From NCBI GenBank assembly GCA_964016885.1, contig OZ024741.1:180296001-180360000 (forward strand): a DNA stretch of 64,000 bases, read 5' to 3'. Source of the DNA: Eledone cirrhosa. Its lineage: Eukaryota. The notes beneath the pieces were generated by a model. It saw only the letters and a list, made by a program, of their open reading frames with translations. It did no database searches and had not been told where the DNA came from. Positions 24,734 through 36,400 of this stretch are shown piece after piece. How positions within the stretch are numbered: the first letter of the stretch is position 1; each line of letters begins with the position of its first letter. The position numbers and the translations under genes were made by a program.

Positions 24734-24860
24734 AATATGGTTTTATAAATATAGTTTCCATTTATTTAATATCGTAAATATACTCCAAATACTTGTTGAG
24801 TGCTTTTATATCAGTTATAAATATTTACTCGTTGTTAACCCAACAATTTAAATAAAACTT

Positions 24861-24938
<78 letters not shown>

Positions 24939-25182
24939 TATGTATATATATATATATATGTATGTATATATATATATAGATATATATATGTATGTATATA
25001 TATATATACATATATATATGTATGTATATATATATATAAATATATACATATATATATATATATATACATACATACATATATATATATATGTGTGTATATA
25101 TATATACATATATATATATAGATATGTATATATATACATATGTATATATATATACATATATATATGTATATATATATATATG

Positions 25183-25217
<35 letters not shown>

Positions 25218-25459
25218 GTATGTATATATATATATTGTTATACTCACAGACTCATATGGGCAAGGCTTTTTGCCTATATGAGTCTGTGAGTATTGATTTA
25301 TTATTTTTTAGATCGTACAGGCAAACTTTATGTTGTTGAATTAAGATATTTCATTCTAGCGATTTTATTCATCAAATATTAATTTATTCTGCTCAGAAGC
25401 GATTCTTAGAGCTGAAATGATTGTAAATGACCCCATTGAGTCTAAACTCTAAGCTATTT

Positions 25460-25510
<51 letters not shown>

Positions 25511-25590
25511 TATACATATATATGTTTGTATATATATATATATATGCATGTATATATGTATATATATATATATACATATATATATGTATG

Positions 25591-25658
<68 letters not shown>

Positions 25659-25704
25659 TATATACATATATATGTATGTATATATATATGTATGTATTTA
25701 TATA

Positions 25705-25735
<31 letters not shown>

Positions 25736-25902
25736 GTATGTATATATATATGTATGTATATATATATGTATGTATTTATATATGTATATATCTATATACA
25801 TATATATATGTATGTATATATATATATACATATATATATGTATGTATATATATATATATACATATATATATGTATGTATATATATATATATACATATATA
25901 TG

Positions 25903-25944
<42 letters not shown>

Positions 25945-26258
25945 TATATGTATATATATATATTTATGTAATAAACAACATAGGGCAATTATTTCATTTA
26001 CCAGTGGTTTCTTAAAAGCAAAAAAATTTTGCTTTCAATCATCAGAATGAAAAAATCCTGGTGTATTTATTGGCGTTGGTTTTTAAAATCCAACGCCAAT
26101 AAATACACCAGGATTTTTTCATTCTGATGATTGAAAGCAAATTTTTTTTGCTTTTAAGAAACCACTGGTAAATGAAATAATTGCCTTATGTTGTTTATTA
26201 CATAACTATTAAGCTCTGTTACCTACATAGAGCACTCTTTTTTCCTGGACCTTTCCTT

Positions 26259-26316
<58 letters not shown>

Positions 26317-26322
26317 TATATG

Positions 26323-26380
<58 letters not shown>

Positions 26381-26520
26381 ATAATAATAAAATTGAAGGC
26401 TAAATCCAGAGAGGGCTCGATAAGGAAAATATATATCAAATATATAAGAACCGAAGAGCAAATATTTATTAAAATAACAGATTAAAGTTTAAGCAAAGAA
26501 TCGCTGCTTTCACCCTTAAC

Positions 26521-26573
26521 GAGTTTCAGAAGATCCCGTTAAGGGTGAAAGCAGCGATTCTTTGCTTAAACTT
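26521..26573 (+). ncRNA. Hammerhead-like motif with CAGAAGA (U4A) core at the centre of a fold-back
   Basis: gagttt-CAGAAGA-tCCCgttaaGGGt-GAA-AGCA(loop)TGCT-T-aaactt; all three stems pair. Confidence 0.45.
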
Positions 26574-26592
26574 TAATCTGTTATTTTAATAA

Positions 26593-26653
<61 letters not shown>

Positions 26654-26968
26654 GGTAATTTTCAATACCCGAATTACTTTTTTTTGGTTATGCGAATGAT
26701 TGTTTAACCATCGTCTCAGTGTGTTTGGCCTTTAACGTTTGTTATAGCTCTGTTTATCTGAATCATTGAGCACTTGCCTCACACCTCGGAGGTTGTTTTT
26801 CGTTATTTCGTGGACCGAAATGCGAATCTCGATAATTTATGTTTGTTTATATATATATATATACATGTATATATATGTATACATATATATATATATATAT
26901 ATACATATATATATGTATGTATATATATATATAATATAAGATCAAAAGATGGTTAAAAGAGTTCCAAG

Positions 26969-27039
26969 TATTTTATTATGCGCATTTCAAAAACAAATAT
27001 CATCATGGGATAATATCTGCGTTCTCATCAGATAAAATA
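26969..27039 (-). ncRNA. Type-I hammerhead ribozyme motif (PLE family Y)
   Basis: Minus strand tattttat-CTGATGA-gaacgcagatattatc..gatgatatttgttttt-GAA-ATGCGCAT-A-ataaaata. Confidence 0.75.
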
Positions 27040-27458
27040 GGGAGACATGATATGAAGCTTAAAAAACATTTGTGAGCAGTGAATTTTTAAATCAACATAT
27101 ATGCATATATATGTATATATATATATATGCATATGTTGATTTAAAACATTTATTTATACTCCAGTCCTACAAACTGTAGAGTCCTACTTATCCGATATTT
27201 GCATTGCTTTATTGTGCTACAATAAAACTCACCTCCTACATATATATATATATATATATATATATGTAGGAGGTGAGTTTTATTGTAGCACAATAAAGCA
27301 ATGCAAATATCGGATAAGAAGCACAGTTTGTAGGACTGGAGTATACATAATATATAATATATCATAATATATCATAATATATCAGTTTTAAATCAACATA
27401 TGTTGATTTAAAACTGAACTATCCACAAGTGTTTTTTAGCCTTCATATCATGTCCTCC

Positions 27459-27529
27459 TGTTTTATCTGATGAAAACACAAATATTATTGCATGATGATA
27501 TTTGTTTTTGAAATGCGCATAATAAAATA
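27459..27529 (+). ncRNA. Type-I hammerhead ribozyme motif (PLE family Y)
   Basis: tgttttat-CTGATGA-aaacacaaatattat..atgatatttgttttt-GAA-ATGCGCAT-A-ataaaata; 8-bp stem I and palindromic stem III. Confidence 0.75.
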
Positions 27530-27557
27530 CATGGAACTCCTTTAACCATCTTTTGTT

Positions 27558-27603
<46 letters not shown>

Positions 27604-27649
27604 TATATACATATATATACATATATATATATATATACATATATATACA

Positions 27650-27737
<88 letters not shown>

Positions 27738-27769
27738 CATACATATATATATATACATATACATACATA

Positions 27770-28826
27770 CATCATCAGCATCACCATCAACGTTTAACGT
27801 CCGTGTTCCACGCTTGCATGGGTTTGGACGGGGGTTTTCCCACTTGAGGCAAGAGTGATTGTCTTGCTCGCATAGGACTGTCTGGCGGGTTTTCTACAGC
27901 TGGATGCCCTTCCTAACACCAACCACATTTACAGTGTGGGGCTGGAAGGTTTTTACCGTGTTGCCTACACGGCCACATTACAGCGTGGATTGTGTGTTTT
28001 TTGTCATGACACCTACACGATCTCATTTGTTTCGGCCTGGATGTTGTAGCACCAACATAACTTTACATTGAAAGGGGCGGTCTGGATGGGGTGGGGGTGG
28101 TGAGACGGGGGTGTGTTTTGTTAGAGATGCCTACTGACTGTAGTAGGTTTTACTTTGTATTTAGGTAAGGCGTGTCTTCTCTATTACTGAGTACCGCCAA
28201 AGGTCTCGGTTCAGTGACATTGTCTTGGTGAGGTGTAAGTGTGTGAGGTCGGAATTTATCAGCTCGTCCCAGGTCTTGCTGGGTCTGCCTATTCCGTGGC
28301 TACCGTCTATCTTTATTGCCCTGCACTTTGTTATACAGCTATCGTCTTTCATGCGCATCACGTGACCATACCAACGTAGCCTTCTCTCGAGTAAACAACA
28401 TCTGATCCCTCTTATTTCTAATTTTTTCCTTAGTTCGTTTATGCTTAGCCGTTCACGTATATTACTATTACACATCCAGCGGAGCATGCAAGCTTCGTTC
28501 CTCTCTAGTCTGCGTATATCCTCTGCACACCATGCCCAGGTCTCACTGCCATGCAGCATTGCTGTTCATATGCAGGCATCATATAACCTGCCTTTCATTT
28601 TTAGGGAGAACCCTTTAGCGGCCAATAGTGGTATAAGCTCTTTTTCCATCCAGTTCTGACTCTAGCTACTGTACTTTCCGAGCACCCTCCCCCACTGCTG
28701 ATTTTGTCACCCAGGTAATGGAAGCTGTCCACTATTTCTATAGAACCCTCTGCGCAATTGAAAGAGCTAGTATTTTGTGGGCACTTGCTGCTACTTATTG
28801 CACCAGAGCACCGGCCACATGTAAAA
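27770..28826 (-). mobile_element. 5'-truncated RTE LINE (C-terminal ORF, 3' UTR and (GAT)n tail)
   Basis: [11 protein letters not shown]...RRLRWYGHV...EKTRLT; very similar at DNA level to the 3' part of the 41921-44256 copy. Confidence 0.92.
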
Positions 28827-28998
28827 CATATATATATATATATATATAAGGTTTATATATATGCGCATAATAAAATACATGGAACTCATTTAACCATCTT
28901 TTGATCTTATATATTATCTATACTCCAGTCCTACAAACTGTAGAGTGCTTCTTATCCGATATCTGCATTGCTTTATTGTACTACAATAAAACTCACCT

Positions 28999-29039
<41 letters not shown>

Positions 29040-29170
29040 GTGAGGTTTTTTTTACAAAATGAAAAATAACCGAGGTGTCCTACACGAGTGAAAGTATAAA
29101 GAAAAAGAGATGAAATCGAAAATGCAACTGGAGTCTTATTTTTAAAAAAAATATATATATTTATTTGGTT

Positions 29171-29208
29171 CCTTTACCGGTTTCGCAATTCTTCTGCTTT
29201 TCAAAAGG
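29171..29208 (-). ncRNA. Minimal type-I hammerhead with compensatory U3-A8 core
   Basis: Minus strand cctt-TTGAAAA-GCAGaagaaTTGC-GAA-ACCGGT-A-aagg; all stems intact, GUA triplet. Confidence 0.65.
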
Positions 29209-29270
29209 TGAGTTGAGATGGAGGGTCTGTGGTTTTTCTCACATCTGTGAGAAAAACCACAGACTCTCTT

Positions 29271-29328
<58 letters not shown>

Positions 29329-29349
29329 TATATATATACATATATATAC

Positions 29350-29388
<39 letters not shown>

Positions 29389-29433
29389 TATACATACGTA
29401 TATATATATATATATATACGTATATATATATAC

Positions 29434-29492
<59 letters not shown>

Positions 29493-29539
29493 TATATATA
29501 CATACGTATATATATATATATATACGTATATATATATAC

Positions 29540-29591
<52 letters not shown>

Positions 29592-29605
29592 GTATATATA
29601 TATAC

Positions 29606-29641
<36 letters not shown>

Positions 29642-29657
29642 GTATATATATATATAC

Positions 29658-29689
<32 letters not shown>

Positions 29690-29745
29690 GTATATATATA
29701 TACGTATATATATATATATATATATATATACGTATATATATATAC

Positions 29746-29800
<55 letters not shown>

Positions 29801-29869
29801 TATATCTATCTATCTATATATATATATGTGTGTATGTGTATGAGTAATTAAAATAAAGTATATATATAC

Positions 29870-29901
<32 letters not shown>

Positions 29902-29943
29902 GTATATATATATATATATATATATATGCATATATATACATAC

Positions 29944-29981
<38 letters not shown>

Positions 29982-30377
29982 GTATATATATATAATATAC
30001 GTATATATATATATATGTATATATATATATCTATCTATCTATCTATATCTATATATATGTGTGTGTGTATGTGTATGAGTAATTAAAATAAAGTCATCGA
30101 TCTATGAAACTCTAAGTGTAAAAAAAGACGGTGATATTATCCTCTGCATATATTAAGAAATTTTGTATTACCTATTTAAAGTCTCGAAGAAAAGAAAAAT
30201 ATTGAAATATAGAATAGCGTGATTTAAAAAAAATGATTTCAAAAATTAATTTATCTATGTTTATTTTCGACATAATTAATAGCGAAACATTTGCTCCAGT
30301 ATGCTTATCTAGTTGAGTGCGAAGTAATTGTGATACTGATACTGCAGACAGATACAACTTTCAAAAGAAAACAAACT

Positions 30378-30449
30378 ATGGCCTCGAAGGCTGTGCTTAC
30401 ATCTGTCCGTGCTGTGGCTGCGGTCACCAAGAAAGCACCTCTAACATTG
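30378..30449 (+). CDS. ISCA1: ISCA1 exon 1 (targeting peptide region)
   Basis: ATG at 30378 and GTAAGT donor; Ala/Arg/Lys-rich with no acidic residues. Confidence 0.9.
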
Positions 30450-33400
30450 GTAAGTAAAGTTGTGGTCTAACTATAAAATACCCATTGATTTCTCCTCCGT
30501 TACCTCTCCTTCTATGCTGGCATCATTCTGTCTAGTTAGTGTGAATACGTAACAAGGTTAACCTTAACATAACTGCAAGAGATGTCATGATCTTCTCTTG
30601 TACATATTTAAATCAATTGAATTACTGTTGGTACTTTTTTTTTGTGGACTTCGTACTAAGGGTGACCCTTAGTACGAAGTTCACCTTTATGTCTAATGTA
30701 TATTAAATAAATGTCTTATCTGCAATAAACGTGAGCAAATTCCATCATATATAGACCCCCCCCCCCCTCTTTTCTTCGATGGTTACGTAATAGCAATTTT
30801 TTTGTTGTGATTTTGTTTATTATATTTCTACTACCTAGACAATGTTATTATTAATATAAATATATGATAATAGAAATTATGAAGTTACTGTTATTTCGCC
30901 GGCAACAGATTTAGTGCTGTTTCACATGTTTCGATATCCTATCTTTCTACTGGACATAGAATTTCTAAAAACAAAAGAAATAAACTATGAATGTTTCTGC
31001 TTTTACCTTTTTCATTCAACAAAACTGACTAGAATTTGTTTAATTTAAAATTATTTACACCACCTTCAAGCGAAGGTTTTTCATCTGCGTTTGTTGACAT
31101 TAAAGAACGTTTAAACGTTGATTTTTTTTTTGCCCCCAGTTTATTACTTATATAAACTGATGTCAACTTAAGGTTACCAATCCGTGTGTCGTTTCAATGT
31201 CGTCATTTCTACTAATTAATTAGAGCTCCATTATCAGAGACACATTAATTAATAATCGTCAATGAGTGGAAAATTAAATTATACCAGCTATGGACATTCC
31301 ACCTTTTATTAATGATGCCTAAATTTAGATAATATTGTTTTGTTATATGAAGGATATCGAGTATGTCTTTGATTTCTTTCCATAGTTAATTCTGTTATTC
31401 TTTTACTGGTTTTAGTCATTAGACTGCGGTCATGATGTGGTACCGTTTCATTGAATTAAAGATTTCGATTAGATCTTCAATTTCCTTCCATAGTTAACAA
31501 AGGTTGAAACGAAATTTACGGTTCACAAACAAGCAGGTTTAGCTGGTCTCCTACAATATTACATCTCGTAAGACGTTTCTTGTCTGTTTTATAATAGGGT
31601 CCCCAGCCCTGTAGGTTCAGTAGGCCTCCTCCAAAGTTTCATCTCATTAGAGGTTTCTTTGGCAATTTAATGAAAGAGACTCCTATCATGAAAAGCAACG
31701 TAAAACGAAGTGTGTTCTCAAAAATACAACTCGACGCCTCGTCCAGAAATCGAACCCACTACGTTATGATCGTGAGTTCAACAACCTAACCACTAAGCCA
31801 CAAAAGTTGTTTAAAGCATAAATAAAATTCTTGGTCCCTGTACCATCTCTTTATTGTTGTTGGGGTGGAGTTGACTACCCGCAGGAATTAGCACTGCAAG
31901 TTCGAATGGCTCTTTCAATGTGTTTCCATTGTTTTCCTCCGGAGCAAGGCTTTCTCCATTCTGATAGCTGGAACCCCAAGGCAGCTTGCATCTAGGGTTT
32001 CTGCACAGCAGAGAGCAATCTCCCAACACTGTCTGGTCTCGTATCATTATGGTAGCAATGACTGAGTATTCTTTCTCATATTTTTGTTGTATTTAGACTC
32101 AAGAACTTTTTCTTCGCCTATATATTCCTAGGGGGGGGGGGGGGGGTTGTGAGTGCTGGGTCTTTTCAGAGGCAACCGTCTCCAGTTGATCTGGCTGGAG
32201 CTCCAAGCGAGATCAGCCAGGTTCATGGATGTTATCCAACCATCTTGCTTGGAGTCTACTCCTGGGTCTTCTGCTGCTGCGTTTTGCTCATAAAATCTGT
32301 TCAGCAATTTTTTCCTGAGACATTCAAACCATATGTCTGTAATATTGGAGCTGTGATGTCTCAATTTGGAGAAGTAGTGGCTCTACCTGGAGTGACCCTC
32401 TGATCTCTGAGCTACACAGTCTATCGAGTAACATTACACCAAAGACCCCTCTGAGGTACCCCATTTTGAGCACTTGTATTTGCGATCGTATTCTTTCGGT
32501 CATTACCAGATTCATGACCATAGGTAAGGATTGCCGTGAATACCGAATTGAAGATAGTGAGTTTGGTACATTACTGCACCAGCCCCTGCAATTTTTGCAC
32601 TTAATTCAGCCTCTTGCCTTCTGTCACTCATGAACACAACCATGAGATACTTGAACTTCTATACCTGCTTCAGTGGAACTCCACTCACATGTAGAGTATA
32701 CTGTGCTGGCTTCCTTGAGCAGGCAAGTATCTTCACAGCACTGATTTTTATTCCTGCCGTGCAGCATTCAGCATCAAACCTATCAAGTGCATGTCAGAGA
32801 TCCCCTTCTGATGAGTTAAGTACCACCATGTCATTTACAAATTCCAACCAACTGATCCTACACCTGCCAATCTCAATACCACTTGCAACCTGGCTACATT
32901 TGTCAATCCTGTTCATGAAGATTATGAACAGGAGAGGTAATAGTACACACTTTTGACAGAGTCTGACACATTATCCAAACACAAACACTAGGGCATTCAT
33001 TTTGAAACATCAGGGCAACAAGAAGCTGTTCATCAATCCCATACTCTTGCAGAACCTTCCACAGGAAGATCCCATGGAATATGGTCATGTGCCTTTTTGA
33101 GGTCTTCGAAGCAAGCATACACCTTTTGGCAGTACTCCCATGATTTCTCTAGGGCTTGCTACAGTGGGAATATTTGGTCGGCTATGCTGTGTCCAGGGCA
33201 AAAACCACACTGTTCATCGGCTAGATTGAACACAGCAATCTCCCTACATCGCTTTGCTAGACACTTAGCATAGACTTTAGCAGGGAGGCTTCAATGCACA
33301 TGTTGGTACTGACCACCTAACATGGAAAGGAGTGATTGGTAGGAATGATGATTCCGATCTAAATACGAATGGAGAAGCCTTATTAGACTTTTGTTTGAGT

Positions 33401-36400
33401 AATGGGCTCTCTATTATGAACACTTTCTTCCAACACAAGGCATCTATAAATATACATGATATTAGGGGAATCGGGGAACAGATATCAATAATTGATTTTA
33501 TTGTCTCTGATTTCTTCAATTCTGTGCTGGATGTTTGAGTTAAGAGAGGGGATAAGCTGTCAACTGATCACTATCTAGCTATCTGCGACCTAAGACTATT
33601 TAAAGCCAAGGAAACCCACAAAACTGGCAGGTCCAGATCAACCTACGGGATAAAGTTGGAAGTGTTAGCAGATAAGGAAGTCAGGGCCAGGTGTGTGGAT
33701 ACTATTACATCCAAATTCAGAGAACTCTGAGCAAACTGAGGATGTTGAAACGGTGTGGAGACTGTTTAGCTTGGCAGTTTATGCATCAACTGATGGCTTG
33801 GAAATAAGTCCTCCTTCTTGCACTTGTGATACAAGCAGACATGAAAAGTTGCAGCAGAGACAGTAAAGGTGTCCAAAGTTAAGACATGGGAGGACTTTGG
33901 GGTTAAGCTAGAATCTGACTTCAAATCAGCAAATAGTGTTTTGGCTGATCATCCACCGACTTCGTAATAAGATGTCCTCCTCCACACCTGCTATCCGGAA
34001 TACATCAGGAGTTCTCTCTTCAGAAAAGTACATCCTCACAAGGTTGAGGGAATGTTTTGCTGATCTCCTAAACCCAGTTACAACAACATCTGGGAGTGAT
34101 AACTAATCTCTCAGAGGCTGAGGTCGCATGTGTGATTAAAGGGCTCAAATGTGACAAGGCCACTAGGAAAGATGAAATTCAGTCTGAGAAGCCTTAAATA
34201 AAGAAAGTACTCTCTAGCTGATTTGTGTGTGCTTGTTGGCCTGGATCTCTGGAAAAGCACCTAAGTCATGGCAATCTAGTGATAATCTCAATTTTCAAAA
34301 AGGGAGACAAGAGAGATTGCTCTCAAGAACTGATAAGGAAATATGAACAGTCCCCTTACACACACACGAACATACACTCATTCTTACAGGAATTTTGTTT
34401 AAGTTGAAAAATTATCATTCATTCCATACTTTATATTTTTTATTGGCTTCAGTCATTAGATTACAGCCATGCTGTGGCACTGTTTCATTTAGGTTTTCAA
34501 TTCTTTCTATAAGCTAAGCTTGTTCAAAGCTTAACGTTCAAACTTGTTTTGTTATGTTCGAAAATTTGATTGTCTTCAATTTTGTCCCAGTTAAATCTTG
34601 TTTAAAGCATAACGTTGAATCAGTTTTGTTATTCTTTTACTGGTTTCCGTCATTAGACTGCGTCAATGCTGGGATACTGCCTTGATTTAGTTGATGATAT
34701 CGACCCAGCACTTATTTTATCGATCTCTTTGTCGAACCGCTAAGTTACGAGACATAAGCATACACACACACACACACACACACATTCTCTTGAAATGTCT
34801 TACTATTGGTTTCTTCCACAGACGCCGGCCGCAGTAGAAAAGGTCAAGGAAATAATGTCTGGGAAGCCTGAAATGGTAAGTTGGTATTTATTCACCAATA
34901 CTTTATTTTATTGAGTAAGGTTGTGAGTCCGATTCCTGGCGGCGCATTTACACTAGTAAATTTTTTATTGTTACACCAGTCTCTAAGACGGATGTAATTG
35001 TCATTTTATTTGGTTGTAAGGGTAGTTAGTTGATAGGTTTGGTTAGAATTTTTGAAGGTGAAATCTGTTTTTCATGATTTTTAAATGCATTTTGAACGAA
35101 TGTGGTCTTCAAAACCGCCGTAAATTACTCATTTTCTATGGTTCCCCACCGAGGAACTTTACAAAACCCGTTTCCGATACGGAAATAATATTAAGTTTAC
35201 CGACACTTTATTTCACGTCACTCTAGTCTCCCTCAGCTGGAAAAAATGACTTGTACCCTAATCCAAAGGACCAGCCTTATCACACAACTGTGTCGCACTG
35301 AATCTCCCTGAGGCTTACGTGAAGGTTACACGTGCCTCTGGAATGTTCAGCCAATTTCTCGTTAAGTTCCACCAACTGAGACGTCGTCTGAACCGATGGA
35401 GGTCCAACAACATTTTATGAATCCCCCCCGAATGATGAAAGTTCAAGTCGGTCTTAGCAGGATTTGAATTTTACTACGTAACGAGATGCGACTAAACACC
35501 AGTAGGTATGTTGTCTATCACTACCAATTCTGCTAATCCATCGCCACGATATTATAATTGTTTCTACTTTAGGCACAAGGCCAGCAATAATCCAGTGCAT
35601 TACTGGTACTTTATTTTATCGACCCCGTAAGGATGAAAGGCTGGTTCGTTCGTCATATATCACGTTTAAAATTTGAGATATGGAGGAGGAAAGAGAGTAA
35701 TAAATAGAGAGGGAGAGAATTAACTTTGGGTGTTGAAGCAGGGGTATGGATATTGAACGTAAGGAATGAGAAAAATAATGACGTGCACACACGTACATAT
35801 ATACACAAACATAATTATCGTCTGCCGAGTCAAAGCGAATGCTGGTTGGGGTTTAACGTTAAAGTTACGTTTTCATTGGCAGTGTCTTATAGAGTTGTGA
35901 ATGTGATTAGGACGAATACGTTGATGTTTCTTGTTCTGGTTTTATCCATTTATTTATTTTGGTGAAGGTATTTTTAGCTGGTAGAACGACCAAATAGTCT
36001 GGGTATTGTTATATCGCCACTTATTAGACGATAAGAGTAATGAGGAAAGGGAAAGAATTCGTGCAGACTTTTTTCTGTATGTTTCACGGTTTACCTCCCT
36101 TCGATTGTTAGTGAACTGATTAAAGTAAACTGATATAATAGCCTTTACGATCTGAGTTCAAATTCCGCTGAGGTTGACTTTGCCTTTCATCCTTACGGAG
36201 TCGATAAAATAAAGTACCAGTAATGCACTGGGTAATTGCTGGCCTTGTTCCTAAAGTAGAAACAGTTATTTTTATTACCAGTTATTCGTTAGTTCGTCAA
36301 AAAACGCACCACAAATCAAGACAAGATAGAGTAGCAGATTAAAACCAGATGAAGATACGGCACAAAAGAAAACAAATAGTCATTGATGAGCTCACAGAAT

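Larger units (their letters stand above)
22790..30075. repeat. (TA)n/(TATG)n/(TACG)-variant microsatellite island interleaved with inverted repeats
   Basis: Direct reading; the YIYIY ORFs here are artefacts. Confidence 0.95.

Noticed and set aside
26115-26165. CTGATGA-TT-GAAA hammerhead-like string in the 25965-26204 palindrome
   Set aside because: There is no stem II and no stem I pairing, so it cannot be supported as a ribozyme.
22640-29851. Many long YIYIYI/VCVC ORFs on both strands
   Set aside because: They are translations of (TA)n/(CA)n microsatellites, which lack stop codons; they are not genes.
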